A stretch of DNA of 48,270 nucleotides, filler included, from Catajapyx aquilonaris (lineage: Eukaryota): assembly GCA_000934665.2 (NCBI GenBank). It is 2 parts of 2 records of this genome, joined end to end, with 100 filler letters (N's around TTAATTAATTAA, not from the genome) between each part and the next. Parts side by side here need not be neighbours in the genome. Positions count along the whole stretch, not along the records: positions 1 to 24,091 come from JYFJ02005575.1; positions 24,192 to 48,270 come from JYFJ02005576.1. The stretch is one strand, 5' to 3'. Below are positions 23,273 through 38,424 of the stretch, in pieces (position 1 is the stretch's first letter; every line of letters begins with the position of its first letter). The translations under genes were made by a program, and so were the position numbers. A model generated the notes under the pieces. The model searched no databases, was not told the DNA's origin, and saw nothing but the letters and a program-made list of their open reading frames with translations.

Positions 23273-23825
23273 AGGAGCACCACGGCTTCGAGCCGCTCGT
23301 CTATCCTGCAGCATGGGGCAGCCATATTGGAGCTAGATTGCATAAGGACTACGTGAAGACAATACCCTGGTTAGGGTGGGGGAGGCAACCATGTAGGGGA
23401 CCCTGGTGAAGCCCAGTGAATGAAGGACATTAATACTCCACAAGGATACGGAGCACCATAGAATGGGCAAGAATGCCTTTCGAGAACAGGATTCCTGCAT
23501 ACTCTTATGCGCATAATTATATTGTCGGTTAGTTATTCGGCAGAAATGGAAGCCTTTCTCTGAGATCTTTTACATCCGTCGACTCCTGGTTGATATTCCC
23601 CCACCTGATTTTGAAACTATACAGTATTTTGAAAAGTTTCCGGCGCTATTGTTGGTCAAATATATCCACATAAACTGGAGTGTTATAGTATAGTGGTTTA
23701 CGTAGTTCCTTTAGAGATCTCAGACCTATACATTCGTAAATCTCACGGTATACCCACAGTCATGCTCATGCAGGATATGAAAGCCTGTAGTTTGCCCGGA
23801 TCTGGAATTATTATGATAACATAAT

Positions 23826-23990
23826 CAGAGTTGGGTAGTAACTGAGTAGAAATAACGCGTTACTAGTAACTAGTTACATTTTGAGTACTTTTCCCGTTAA
23901 CTTCGTTACTTTTGTGCACAAGTAACTAGTACTTGTAACTAGTTACCTTTAAACAGTAACTTTGTAACGAAAGTTACCAAGTTACTTTTC
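23826..23990 (+). mobile_element. End of a non-autonomous hAT-like element with AGTAAC/GTTACT subterminal repeats
   Basis: Starts CAGAGTTGGGTAGTAAC, followed by many GTAAC/GTTAC motifs; other end not seen before the gap. Confidence 0.6.
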
Positions 23991-24091
23991 CGTGCAGGGT
24001 TTGAAAAGCACCTATTTTAAAGGGACACTCCACTCAAAAAAAAAGCAAGTTTGGCTCTAAAAATCGGGCAAAAAAATCCTGAATCTGAAGG

Positions 24092-24191
24092 NNNNNNNNN
24101 NNNNNNNNNNNNNNNNNNNNNNNNNNNNNNNNNNNTTAATTAATTAANNNNNNNNNNNNNNNNNNNNNNNNNNNNNNNNNNNNNNNNNNNN
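24092..24191. other. Assembly gap with an artificial TTAATTAATTAA linker
   Basis: 44 N, then TTAATTAATTAA (24136-24147; stop codons in all six frames), then 44 N. Confidence 0.95.
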
Positions 24192-25169
24192 AGATTCGAA
24201 TGGAATGCATAGGATTGAACAGCGTTTACTGCTGCATCGGTCGCGTATGTTTCCCTGATTTTAGCCCTTCTTATTAACATTCCAATTCCAGACTCTCATT
24301 TGATTAGCAAGTCGCTTCATTTCCACCTTAACTTCTAGTTTGCTGAAAGATTACAGTTTCGGAATATTTGCTTCACAATAGCATTTAAAAGCATTATTTT
24401 TGAGAGGAATGGTTATATTATCAACTTGATCCACTTCTTGATATATTATTAAAGTGTCAGTGTTCATTACCAAAGGTCCAAACGACACTATATTGTATCT
24501 TTTTCTCCACTTAGGACTTCTATACTTTATTACTCTACTACTCTATTACTTTAGGTATTCGGTTGCTTTCATCAACTTCCCGCAAATTGGGCCCGCTATT
24601 GGGAAAAGGGTGAGCACCTTTCCGACTCCAATTTTTATTGGGGGGATAATTATTTGGTATATGGGTCAATAGTGGAAAAAGGTGCAATTTCATTTCCCCA
24701 AAAAATTAATGCAAATGTCCTTTAAAGAAATAATATGTTTAAATCAAAATAGTTATTACCTCTGTTGTTCCCACAAAAATAACGGCCGAGATCGTAGACT
24801 TATATTTCACATTTAAAAAAATAAATTATAAAAATACTGTATCTGCAGCTGTATATACACACAGTTAAGAATACAGAGTCTACTTGACCTTGACGAACTA
24901 AGTGTGGCACAGGGTGTAGAACCGAACCAAGTGGCTAGCACAGTTCGCAATATAAATGTAAGTAATACGTCAAATCGCTTCAAACGCAATGAACCAAGAA
25001 ATGTGGAAATTCGGAGTATACTCGAGACCTATCCGTATGCTTACATCTGACAATAAGTAGTGTATAGCTATGAGTGCATTAGAAACATGAAACATGGTAT
25101 AGATGGTCCAAAACATTCAAATAGGTTATTAAAATCATGTCCTTGAACATCTGACCCCGCCTAGGGGCG

Positions 25170-25765
25170 CCTGTGGACAGGTAGTGTCCACGGATGTGAC
25201 ATCCACGGACGTGACAAACTCTCTGTTTATTACACGTAAAACGTAGTAAGTTTATGTTACAAACTTTTAGTTCAAATGAGTCAGCTCTTTGTACCTAATA
25301 GCACACGTACTTGAGCAAAAATGAAAGAAACTGCTTGCCTACATTTACCAGGTGCCACAAACGTGACGCACTGATCTCGACACTTCACTAAATCTTACGC
25401 TTAGAGCAGAATTACACGCCTTTAAGCAACCAACCCAACAGGTTTTTGATTCAGCTTCTCAATGTGGCTGCATCAGCAAGCAAAAAGGCAAAAATCCTGC
25501 ACATTGCTGCTTCCTGGATGATTTTATAACAGGTTTGTTTTTGTCCACGGACGTGACGAGAAACCTTGGGACAAAATTACTCTTGCAATAAAATGGATGC
25601 AATTTGGAACTTCAGGACAAAGAATGCACCTTCAGTATTCCTTTCTCCATTACTCTAATATAAAAAAGTGAAATAACATCTTATGCCTTGCATAAAAATA
25701 GACCAAACTACGAAAGTGAAGGTTGGGACAATCCACGGACGTCACATGTCACGCTCTGTGACCTA
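25170..25765. mobile_element. DNA transposon remnant with CCACGGACGTGAC motifs
   Basis: Motif at ~25188, 25203, 25545 and 25733; termini not resolved. Confidence 0.4.
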
Positions 25766-26051
25766 AAGAAAAATATATAATAATTTTCTCATTACATATT
25801 TGTTATGTGCCCCGTATTCCGCAAGTATGTTGCAATCTTATTTCTTTGCATGTTATCTGGTTTTCAGATGTTACATTAAATCCAGAAATTAGCTGGGACA
25901 TGAAATTGCAGGTTTTTTTCACTATTTACCTATATCAGAGTGACCTTTTTTCGGACACATTTGTGGACAATAATGTAATTAATTAATATCATTTCCAGCT
26001 TTGCATTGAGTATTCTAGTCTTCAGAGTGCTGCATCCAACTTATTACATAT

Positions 26052-26998
26052 TAGGGAGATCGGGATCTGTTGTAACACTTTTTAGTCTGGATTTTTAAAT
26101 TCAGTTACATTGCATTTAGGCAAAGGTTTCTGACATGGTGGAAATAAGGCAACATTACTATTTGTAAAATAATAATAATAATAATAAAATCTTAAAATTA
26201 AAAATTGATAGATTTATAAATATTTTTCCGAAGCAAGGCAGAGTGTTACAACAGACCCCATCATAGGGGCGGTTGTAACAGAGGGCGGGGCCGATTGTAA
26301 CACTATGTCTTAAGGGGAAAATGTAATATAGACGAGCAGTTTACATCCACTCATCTTCTTGACAATTGCCTATTTGATCCACCTAGATTACTCTTTATCT
26401 CTCAGTAGGTACACTGTAATTTATTCAGCAGATAAGTATTACAAGAAAATGGATTTTTTATCCATATAAATTTTAGACAAACTGGTTACAAGAGGCTTTA
26501 TTGCAAAAAATAATTATTGTTTTTAATATCAATATCCTGAGAATATGTAGCTGTAACATTTGTACACATACTTGACCTTTCTCTCATGATTTTATCATGT
26601 TACACCTGACCACAAGGAGACTGTTACAACCGTCCCCATTGTGTGTTGTCTTGATATGCTTACTCCTTTTTAACTGTACACATGATTTGGTCATCCACAC
26701 CGTCATTGTGACCCCACTAAAGGAACCTTTCTCATGATATACCAAGGACAATTCAATGACACCTCTACCCTAACGCATAATCATCTGATTACTGCCACTC
26801 AAAAAGTAGGGAACACACCTTGATTTATTTTATTTTATTTTTTGCATAGAGAAGAACAAAAAACATAAAAGGAGTAGTCAAAGTTTTGCCCATAGTGATA
26901 CATGTGCTCTGTGAGTTTCAGCTTCAGGGCCTTCCAAACGTATTTATTATTGGCGATGTTACAGCCATACACTGTTACAACGACCCCGATCTTCCATA
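26052..26998. mobile_element. Non-autonomous TIR DNA transposon with TA ends
   Basis: TAGGGAGATCGGGATCTGTTGTAACA pairs with TGTTACAACGACCCCGATCTTCCATA; internal TGTTACAAC/GTTGTAACA copies at ~26244, 26272 and 26621. Confidence 0.7.
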
Positions 26999-29900
26999 CT
27001 GTAAATAATTATTTAATGTAATCAAGTATTATTATTAAATTTGAGGCATTTCAAATTCTTGGCAAGCTAGATACTGCAAAAGGGTGATGGCAAATGTTTC
27101 TAACATTGGTGGTCGGCAGCAAAACGAGTATGGTACGTCAATAAAGCGTAAATATTTTATGTGAAGTCGGATGTTTTATTTGTTATTTTTCCTCACACTA
27201 TACGGTACATTTTGAACGCTGTACATGTACAGTATGATGTGTGTTCACTGTTCAGTGTAATTGCTGTTATCTGCTATTGTGTCATCGACTATCGAAAATG
27301 TGATGGATAAAATCAGTTGTGTGCTCTCTAGTCTATGATGTGCTTTATAGGTTTCTGATAATTATAAGTAGCGGCTTACAGCAGACATCGGATAAATAGG
27401 AGGAAACGCTACGTGCTTACGTGACATGTGCATGTAAAAAGCGACATGATTGGCGATTGATTAATCGCATTTTTTTGTTGAAGCTTCAATCAATAGCTAT
27501 ATTGGAATATGCCAAAGGTCACTCAGAGTGTGGAATTTTTGGCTTTGTTTCAGTTTGCTAAGGGAAAAAAATCAGATTTTAGAGCAGAAATTATAGGCTG
27601 TATAAAGTACACAGCGCTGCAAGTTCTTCAAGACAGAATTTACAGTTAACTGTACGTAGGCCCTGTAAATATTATGCATCCCTATGGTCCACCTATCTTG
27701 TGTCAGCCTATCAGCCGATATAACTGACATCGTATGTAACAAGAGTGGCTTTTTATTCTCGTTTTTAGCATCGCACTGTACTCCAAGACGAACATTAAAC
27801 GAACTTATATATTCATCCGCACTCTGTCACATGATCCTAAAATACCCCTTAAATAAGCTCCAGGCATATTCTATAACGACGCTGCTCGGTAACAAGATTC
27901 ATTATACCTCACGAGAACTGAAAAGTTACTCCAATAGCTACCTGGCAGGAATATAAAGCACTGTATGGGACAAAAAGATGATGCGATTTTGCGTTGAAAA
28001 TAAATTCAAAAATGTGCCAATCTTCATGTCCAATATACTGTAGTGTACCGATGAAGACGTTTCATTTGGTCTCCATATTATAGTCTATATGAAAAATCTA
28101 GCGACAAGAGAAGTATACATTTGAACAACGGAGGAATTGCACGCATTCATAATTCATAATCAATTCCTATAATATTATATTTAGTCGCTCGGTTTGACAA
28201 AACCATATAGGGCAGCTGATGCCTGAATATAGGAAATGTCATTCTACCTCCGTGAGACTAGTATTATTATTATAGTCTTTGGTCAGAGGGAAAATAATTT
28301 TCACTATAATAGAATGCAGAACAAAGGATAACAGAGACTGCTTCATGATGAGCGGTGAATGGCGCTTTGATGCTACACCTCGGGGGAACATGGTGTACAT
28401 TTCACCCGAAGACGTATCCTGTATAAGTAGGCTAATGAATATAATTGTGTAAATGAATACATTTTTGCCTTAAGCCAGTAATCATTGAAATGATGGGATT
28501 AGAAAATATTTTGTTTGGAGATGAATATTACATTTCAAAGCACCATTAAAGCTTTCATATTATTGGGTCCCTGATCTATTCCTTAGAGAATATGGTATGT
28601 ACCTGCCTTGTGGAAGTTTGCTTACACTACCATAATTATGTTAAAAAAGAGTCGCATTATTGTAATCCTCAAGGGACACGACTTCGCCATATGAAAGAAA
28701 AATATTCGCTCGTAAACATTGTAACGGGGCTCGATAGTCCGGTCAGGGAGCATATACTACAATCATGTAGTATATACTCCCTGGTCCGGTGGTCTTCGTG
28801 ACCCCATTTAATTCATGGATGGGTTTCGATATGTCCTGTAATATATCGAGGACACCATGATCAGACAACCTTGTAGGCATTGACAACTCTTTCTACTGTA
28901 ATACATTAGAACAACAATGCCAGCAGGAGCTACCTGGTTCTACAGTATATAAAAATACTATTTTGAAAATTGCCACTTTGTGACTCACACGTAGTGAGTG
29001 CTTCCTTGTCATAAGTACATCCGAACTGTATTATGAGAGCAATAAGGAGAGCTTTACTGTTATACTGTACAGATTCCTGCCACTTTGTGCAGGTCTTTCG
29101 AAATAAACTTGTTCTGCCTCCCACATTGTAAGCGCAAGGGCCCGTGTAACTTTGGGAAATTATTGCCTTAAGACTAGTGGAAAGTTGGTATTTTAGCAAA
29201 GCCAAGCAACCAGTGTAAAGCTGCAAGCTCAATTGACAAGCAAAGTTTGGGAGGAGGGACTAGAAGCCTCCTTGTCTGGAAATTGATTTTGGGCCTTCTT
29301 TTACGATAACTGCGCCAGCGCATATGGCAAAAAAGGTGCAGGATCTCCCGAGTGATTAAATTCCCCTGTTTATATAAAGAATATTCCTGGGGCCCCTGGA
29401 ATTCATATTAGTGGATTCCAAATAACGGGGACTTTCAGCGGGGGCCTGTGGACATTGGACGGCATCCTCAACTGCGATTAAACAATTTGCTCTGGGAAAT
29501 ACCGGGTGAGATGAATCTCGGTTCTGCTGACTTACGCAGTTTGATCGACTGGTTTGGGAGATAAGCATTTTAGTACACAACCGTGTGTTAGCGCTTAGCT
29601 GGCCCCCAAAAAAAGAAGCGGAGGCTGTATTTTATTTTTAATATTATCCGCATGGCCTTTGGCCCGGTGCATAAATAATGGTGGTATAATCTCGTCGATC
29701 CCATCATCATAATTTTACGGTTAACAAGGTGGACGTAAATCAAGCTTCCCTTTTTTGATTAGGCTCACAAATCTTGTTTCCTCGCCAGAGGAGAACGAAG
29801 AGGTCGGAATTTCTCTCGGAGTTCTCTCGAAATCGGACTCCCTCAAAGTGCTTCTTCTCGTCTACGTCAAAGTGGATCGCTGTTAAATGGATATTCGCAA

Positions 29901-32900
29901 CGTGAGTCTTGCGATAGGAATTTGGCGACGCTGTTCTTTTCGGAAACATGTTTTTCGAAATGTGCTGTCGACTATGCAAAGCCTTCGACTTATCAGGTTG
30001 TTGAATTTTTGATACGTTTCCATATGGTGAACAAAAAGTCAACTTGTGCTGTAACCGTATGATTTATATGTCCCTATTGTGATATGCTCGACAAAATAAC
30101 GCTTAATAAGTCCCCTAGGTGACTAGATTACACTGGAAAAAATTTGTACACAAATGTTGATGACATATTCTTTCATTGCAAATGTGCCAGGTGTATTATT
30201 TTAATTCACAATGATGCAGAACGGGTTAGAAACTGATTACGATTTCAGAAATATGATTATGACAGATTTGTGCCACGAGATACTAAACCTCGTAAAACTA
30301 CTGAATAGCCAAACAGAACAAGGGGCCAACCCGAACGTGGAATCATGCTTTTGTTCTATTGAACTATTTCAATTACAATGTAAATTATTGCAATCCTCGC
30401 ATTATCATACGACTTACGCGTTTTTTCTGTTACACAATACCCTTTCTGTGCATTGTCATACATTTTAATCCACCAGGATTGAGTTAAGCGATTCAGCAAA
30501 AACCCTCGACGCAATGCACCACCAGGGAATTAGAAGCCCTGCTTCATCTCTCCCCGCAATTTGAGGCATTCTGCAATCGAATTCAACGGCAGCGGTGGGT
30601 GGGCTGCCTGGGCGATAACCGTAAATATTTTGTTGCCATAAGGAGGTGGCAACCTCCAAAAAGAAAACCCTAAAAAAATCGTGGTGAAAGATATAGCGAA
30701 GAGCCGAGAAAATCATCCGAATCCTCCGCCCTCAGCCGGTAAGGACGCCTGCATTTAACACCGTCCCTGACAAATGTCCCGGCGACCAAAGTGGTGAACC
30801 AGTGTTTGAAATAATTTAAAGTCAACTGGTAGGGGTGCATTATGCCGTTGACGTTAGTCGATAGTCCCGCCCTTTTTACTTGTCTGGTGTGGCGCAGACT
30901 AGATGGTTTCAGAGGGGGACTGGAGGATGGGAAGGCCGGGGAGGGATGTACCGGTTATCTGGCGCGCATGGGAAAATTTGTAGGCAAGAAACGAGTATGG
31001 GCCCGAGTGAATAGCTGTCGAGTCATCCCCGAAATGAGAGAGAGACTCGACTAATAGCCTTCATTTCCCCCCCTCCTTCCGCTCAAATATGGGGGATGGG
31101 GGGGGGGGGTTTCTTTCTTGGAGCGTGGTGGTCATAAGCGGAACAATTGGATGCGGCCTGCACCTTACTTGACTCGCTCCAAACGAGGAGTTCTGAACCT
31201 CATTCGGCATTAGTTGGCTGGCTTCTCATTTTTCAAATTCCAGGCTTGCCCTTTTTATATAGGTTTTGGGTGGGTGTAGATACTTTGTGCTTGTGCTGGA
31301 AGGCTCGTTTTAGCGCACGTAATGCAAGTACTGTTCTCAGGATCAGGCTCGGTGAACTGGATCCAAAATTTCTGAATTTTTCTATATAAGGCCGTACTGA
31401 ACATAACAAGGGTAAGTGGTGAAAGGTTTAAGTACTGTCAAAAAAAGGAGCCCTCTCCCGTCCTCTACTATGGGAAACCAGAGAGCTTTTTTCTATATTG
31501 TCATCCTTTGCGATAATACTACTTAACCGATGATGTGATTGGTGAAATGGATAACCTCATTTGCGCTCATAAACCCTGGACTTAAAGCAATGTTTTGATA
31601 ACGAATTATTCCTGCGATGTCGAACAGCACTGTTCAGGATGGAAGGGCTATGGGGGTATTCGCTACTCAGTCTACTGTAAAGCAAGTGTCCTCTTTGTGT
31701 TGAAGTGTTTGGGAATTTGCATACTAAATAGGGAATAACTAAAAAAAGGCAAATCAGTATATGTAGAATATTAATATGCAGTGATGTAATACTTCTGGTC
31801 AAACGGTTCGGATAAGTAGACGTGAAAATAATAATCTAACACTGTAAATTGTGCTTGCTAATTGGATTATAATTTAGGCCTACCTTATTCCCAAGTATAG
31901 TAGTTAGTTTATGCCTCTACAGTAAATTACAGTTAGAGCACGCATTGCATTATTCCGATGCTATGGTATGCATTACTGTACACATCTATTTTCTACTCCA
32001 ATATTAGTTCAACACCACCGACAATCACGTCATTAGGAAGGTATACAGTGTTTAATTATCCTATTAAAGTATACACAGCATGACGTAGCATATACGCTGT
32101 TGACGAGGCACGATTGTGAACAGAAAGCCATTAGCAGAAAGTCTGTGTTGTCAATAAATGAAAAGACACATGCATATAAAGCTGGCTATCAAATAACCCT
32201 AATGTGAACATACAGTTTGTAAGTATTTAACTGTAATTGGAAGTCGTTTGAAAAAACACCGCACGATACATTGTTCACAGTTGATGAAATACGAAACATG
32301 ACCAGACGTAACCGAATTCTCCAGGTTCCAAGCGTAAACTGAAACTTGGACACGTGGTGGGTCCGTGGAAACTCGAGAAGATTGGTCGGCCCCGGATTCA
32401 ATCGTGCCCGTTCAATAGAAACGGATGCCAGCACAAATCCTTATTAAGTTACAATAAGTGGGCGGCGAGTTTAGGCGCAGTGGCAGGGACATAGGAAAAA
32501 AAGGACCCTTGCAAACTTGAAAAGGTGGTGCAGGGTATAGCGCAGTTCTCATGTTACGGCACAGGCCTCTTGGAACCTGCAAAAGAGGTGTGACGGTCCG
32601 GTGGTTTTCTTCATAAGAATCGTTCACAGTTCGTTTTTCAAGCTCATTTATTGAACGCTACGATTCAAACTTGAAAGACTATGATATTCTGAAGGAGAAA
32701 ATGGGTCTATGATGTGCCAACTCTTTCTCATTGCTCCATTTTGACTTTTGGAAAATGTGGAGGTTGGCAGGGAGGAATTCAGTCGGGTTCTGCCATTTCT
32801 CGCCAGCTTAATTCTTTCAGGGAGAACGAGCGAGAGGGAGAGAGTGGTAAATGAAACTTTCCAGACTCAGGGTATCACACGAACCTGTGCAATGGATTTA

Positions 32901-35900
32901 GTAATGGAGACGGACTCGCTGGGGGGAAGTTGGGCTACCTGGAAACTAGTTCCGCTTGCAGATGCATCCGTGTTACTCGGGCCTGATTAAATTATCTTGC
33001 TCTTCGCGCCGGATCCACACGGGCTGTTGTCAGTGACGACCAAGTGCCCACTTGCACGACTTCGACGGTGATTATCTGCATAATCCAATGGCCAGAGAGT
33101 TGCAATATTGACCATTACGCCGTTTTGGGAAGGCTCGCATGAGCCATCGCGATGCGGCTTGTTATGCTCATCATGGGAGATGATAGTTGCGTAACGGGGC
33201 AGTCGGTGTATACGTATGGGACGGCCTAATGGTAGGATACTACTGGATTGGGAAACAATATCGGGGAGGGGAGTGTTGTGTCTGGTGTTAGGGTTTAGGA
33301 ACAGGAACTGGTCCTCGGAACAATATGATAAGGTGCCAGCTCCTTTCCCATTTTTGTACGGTACGTGATAGCAGAGGTTTATGTTACTTATTTTTGTGGT
33401 TATCAGTTTGAATCCGGAATCGGAAAAAGAATTTTCACGTTCGATGAGTTTGGATGGGGATTTCCGGGCGTGCGTAAGTGTTTCCTCTGGATGTTCCCTA
33501 AAGGGGTATGGACAAAAATCTATCGAAGTTGAGGCTTTAACTAAAGAGTGAGAGAGATTCTCACACTCTAATGTTTGATTTATACACAGATGGTGTATTA
33601 CATAACATACCTGAAAAATATTACATAATAAAATTATACCTGGATATTTTAATAACTTAAATTTTATTTCTTAATCAACATAGCGTAATAACGAATGACA
33701 TTTTTGATATGTTTTAAAAGTGATAAACATAATTATGCAAGGTGATCCAAACTAATTATCCGTTTCATTTGGCAATTTTTCATAGACCCATTCGTTATTA
33801 CGACACTAGCCTACTCTAGAACAGTTATTTTTAGGGCCTAACAAAAAGAACAACTTCTAATACAGTATTAGGCGAATGGAAAGAATTTTTATTGATCACC
33901 ATAGACACGAGGTCTAGCTTGGAAAAAGAGCTTCCTCTTTGTGACCTAGGAAAACGATGGCGTAACGAATGACAACGGTGGGCATGTTATTTTGTCTTTT
34001 GGGTTTAGGATATAAACTTCAGAGTATATGTAACACTGGCTAAGACGAATCTAAACATTAGCACTTGAAGTCAATTAATAAAACTATTTTTAAACCAGGT
34101 CTGACCCCTCTGCAGTGTCATAAGGAGGCTTTCCATTCGATGTAGACTAATGTAAACTGAAACCTACTTTTATGATCAGCTCCTCTTAACATAACTGTAT
34201 AGAAGCAACAGTTTAATAGTAGGCAGCGTAGTGCTCAAAACCGTTAAAAATTCTACAGTATACTGTACATAATCCAGTACTTTGGAGAGATCAAAATAGC
34301 AGTGTAAATAATTGCACTGCATGCCAGTGATGTACTCCTATACGCATATGACGTCATGTACAGTATATGCGTAGATTATTCAGGGCTATACTGGACTTCA
34401 ATCAATACTAATAAATGCAGCCTACGTGTGTCGGGAGGGCTGGAGCGAAATCACATTCTCTATCAAACGTTTATTAATATTATGAGATATATACCGTATG
34501 CCTGACGTGGATGAAATCCTGGAACTGCTGCAGTTGAAGCCCAGCTGGATCAAATCAATCCTGCCCACTCATTTCGAGACTTTCGGGTTCTTTTGAAGTC
34601 CCTTAAGTGCATGCTCTATTTTTTCAGAAACTGGAGTCTGTATAATAGAAAATAAGGTGCAGGTTTATATTTAAAAAATATCTTAGTCATATTGTTTTCT
34701 TCGAACTCCCACAATATGTTGCAAGCGGCGTGCCTGTATATACGTAGTTTGTTAAGTAAAAGATGGCAATGAAGTTTCATTATAATGACATCAAATGTGT
34801 ACTGTAGCGTAAATCAAGGAGAATACAACAACTATAAGATTTTTTTATTTTTTATTTTTTTTTCCTTACCCCGGTGGGCTGTACAGAAAGCCTTTGGGGG
34901 GAGACGGTACCGACAAGCACAACAACTATAAGAATAGAAATTCCCTTTTCAATCCCACTCTTCTGAAGCTGTTTGATTACGTCCCGCAGAGCAAAATGAA
35001 TTTGCTAAATCTGAGTACCGATGGCATTCAACAACAAGCTAACTTACATCCTGTTGTTTGCCGCAGTGGCTGTGGCGAAGTACTACAAAAGCCTATTGTA
35101 TTGCAGGACATACTTCGATTCGAACTGGGAGTCTCGGGGGAAAAAGTCTAGGATGGGATACATGCATGGGTGGTATGGTTCCCAAAGGAGCTAGAAAATG
35201 GAGCAGGTCTTTCACTTTAAAGAGGGAAAAGGAGAAGAGGAAGACGGAAAAAGGTCGACTCTGCTTCTGTATTCTGGGAACGAGTTAATCAGCTCTACGC
35301 TTGCGTTGTAAACCAGGATAAAATCCTGCTTTGTGTGAACGGGACTTTGGCGCGCTTTAAAATATGTTTCCAGGTTTTATGCTGCAGTTCCATCAGGAAA
35401 ACCTTGCCTGGGAAGCAAGGTTTATACGTCCCTTCAGGCTCCGGTATTGGCCTAGAAGGTGTTCATTCATTTTATGAGAGCGTCCCCGACCCTTCCTGTT
35501 AAAAGAGGGCGCACATCTCCGTGGTCACAATACCAAAGTTTTTTCGGGCCTCAGCTTCCAGCAAAACTTGGGCGTGCCTGTGCAAATGAGCCACATAAGC
35601 TCGATGCATATTGGAAAGGGTATGAGGCGTAAATGGCGCATAAGCAGCTTCAGTAATATTTTGCTTCATTACGTGCGGTACTGTTTAAAATTATGCATTT
35701 TTTTCTTTGTTCAAGAGAGAGGTTCAATAAGTTTTTTTTGTAACAATTGACATGATGTGTAGAGGTAAGAAGCGTACAGTATTCCGTTGGTCACTGCACA
35801 ACTATTGCACACATGCGCTTCAAGTAACGCCCCGATGCTTTTTGTTGACCAGTGGAGATAATGAGATGGCACGTGGATTCCTCTCGGGATATTTCGCGCC

Positions 35901-37670
35901 ACCAGCGGTGCAGTGGAGCTAGTTTAGAAACATCCGACAAGTTAGTCGGTAGGTTTGGGAGTTGGAAAAGCAGTCGTTGCTCGCCAAATTAGGTTCCCCA
36001 AACGCTTCCACTGTACTATGGAAGACCCGAAATTATTCCCACGAACCCCTTACCCACCCTTCTATCCTCCAATAAAAAAAAGAAGTCACAATAGTACAAA
36101 TCAAGCCGATACGACCAGTCGTATCTCAAAATAATCCGGAACAATAGCCCTCTTTTCGCTGGTTTGTGTGGTGGTAAGTTGTCAAATTTTCCTTGGGATA
36201 GGATAGCATTATTCTTACCCCTCTCTCCCTGCACCTCTCACACCCCTAGCTGACAATCTTTAAACTCCTTCCACGCAATTCCCGATGATGTAGGACCCCC
36301 CATTTGAGGCCACTGAGAACGAAAAGCCCGCCTTTACGTAGCTCGTTTTATCTTACTTTTCCACTTCACTGTTTGAACCCTTCTCAGTGGAAGCCGGTTG
36401 CAACGCCTTTAGAAAGTCTATAGCCGGGGATTTTGATGGCTGAATAAGGCAGGGGGAGGGGTGTTGGTGGAGCGCTTTTGTATTCGCAGGGGCTTGCAGG
36501 CAATGCTGAGAAGTTTTAGGGTGGGTGAGGGGGTGTGGGGAAGTAGAGTATGGAGGGGGTGCTGCGTATCGCTGGAGCCACTCGAGTGAATATTCTTGTT
36601 TGTTCCTCCCGCGGGGGGCTTATCATCCTCATCGCCACGAGTCTTTGCGAATAGCAATTAGCCGATAGCTATTCCTTTCACACCGGCTTTAATTTCTCCC
36701 CCGACTCGTTTCGTTTAGCTGAGACCCAGGCTCTTCAATAGTGGGTTATGTCTTAGAGTAGCTGCAGGTACATGCGACAATGGGTGTCTTGGTAGGGACA
36801 CTTATGTTAGCTGCATCCTCTTGTTGAGATGGTTGCTTTTGTTTGCTGGTCTTAGTGGCGCATTTATTGGGTGGGGATATTGATGCTGAGATTGAGAAGA
36901 AACCCTACACCTATGGCGTACATACGTATATGAAAACGATTACTAGTAGTACTCTCAAAGAACTATTTGGACCCGTTCATTGGACCTTCTTCCCGAGGTA
37001 TTAGGTTTCAAAACAGTGCTGAGGTTCACACCACCTTTCCAGCCATTTTGATCCGTCTGAAATTAATGAAGAGTGTAGTGGCCTATTATCAATGGATTCA
37101 TTTGTTTGAAGTCCTGTTAAGGGCGTTTCTTCGTTCGTGAGATAATCGGGTTCAATATTTCCCGTCAAATTTTTTGAACCCATATTGTGTATTCTTCCCA
37201 TGCGACTAATCACTCTTAAATCAGGCCTAACTCTTAATTTATTTAATTAACTATACTAAGGATGGAAATAGCGAATGGAAAAAGAGGCTCAAGCGAAGGC
37301 ACTAAATGACGTCGTAACGCAACGGCCAGGAAGAAGCAGTTGTAATTCCAATACGTTACCAACTTACGTTTACGAATGATACTATTGTATGATTCTACTA
37401 GTATAAGCAATTAAATGTGGCTCTTAATTTAATATTTGTATGAAGCTTCTGTGGGTGTGTGTGGTTTTTCGGGAAGAGGGGCCAATTCATTGCTTGGGGG
37501 TCCCAAATATGAAGTTCCGCCACTGGCTCTGATAAGCATTCTGTCTCCTACGCGAAATATCGTAGGTCTATGATAAAAGGGTAGGGTAATGGCGAAACCC
37601 TTACAGCGTGCATTTGCTCTTCTTATACTATTCTACGTATACCTGTAAAAAGAGGGTTAGAATTGATTCT

Positions 37671-37956
37671 TAGACACGCGGAAGGCGGGAGGGTGAGTGG
37701 TGGCTGGGGGCAATGGCTGTGTCTCAAACACGGAGCAGGCAGGCTGAAGGATAGGCGTGTATTCGCTGAAGATAGGTATGTATTCGCAACGAAGGAAGGT
37801 TAGGTTAGGTTGGGTTGGGTTGGTACAGCATACCTCTTCCCCTGCCACATTCGTTCTGTCATTACAAAATCCAAATAATCAATACTTGCATCCTTGCGTT
37901 TGCGACACAGCCATTGCCCCCAGCCACCACTCACCCTCCCGCCTTTCGCGTGTCTA
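37671..37956. mobile_element. MITE with ~55-bp TIRs and a GGTTA-containing core shared with 22930-23185
   Basis: TAGACACGCGGAAGGCGGGAGGGTGAGTGGTGGCTGGGGGCAATGGCTGTGTC is mirrored at ~37904-37956; core GCTGAAGATAGG..GTATTCGCAACGA..GAAGGTTAGGTTAGG. Confidence 0.85.
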
Positions 37957-38424
37957 CAAGCCCTACTCCTTCCGCGTACGGGCCATATCTCAAAGTAAGA
38001 GTTAAAGTTTGCATCGACATGAATGGTGTCCAAGTTGACCCAAGTTGGAAAATCGGTTTGCACTATTACGTTTTCCCGACTCTATACATTGTTCATTGTA
38101 GTTTTATTTGCTTTCATTAAATTTTCTCATGGACATATATTGCTCATCAAACATGGCCCCCTTTCTTCGGGGCCGCTTGGTGGCCACCCTAAATTTGAAA
38201 AATGGATAGTTCGAGACTGGCCAGCTTAGCATACAGATATACGCCGAAGCAAACTTTTCAAAATACGTGGATGCGAACTAGTCGGCTCAGGTGAGCAACG
38301 TTTTCAAAACAAGAGGAATCACGTGGGACTTTTGAAATTCGAAAATAATTAATGACATTTACCTTTCCTGACCAGCAGACGAAGAGCGAGTTGCAATTCC
38401 GACTAATAGCAGCAACAACAACAA

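Noticed and set aside
29280..36800. Possible developmental cis-regulatory landscape (TTTACGA/TTTATG Hox/Cdx-like sites, repeat-poor stretches)
   Set aside because: Short motifs are expected by chance; no linked gene or recognisable miRNA, and conservation cannot be assessed here.
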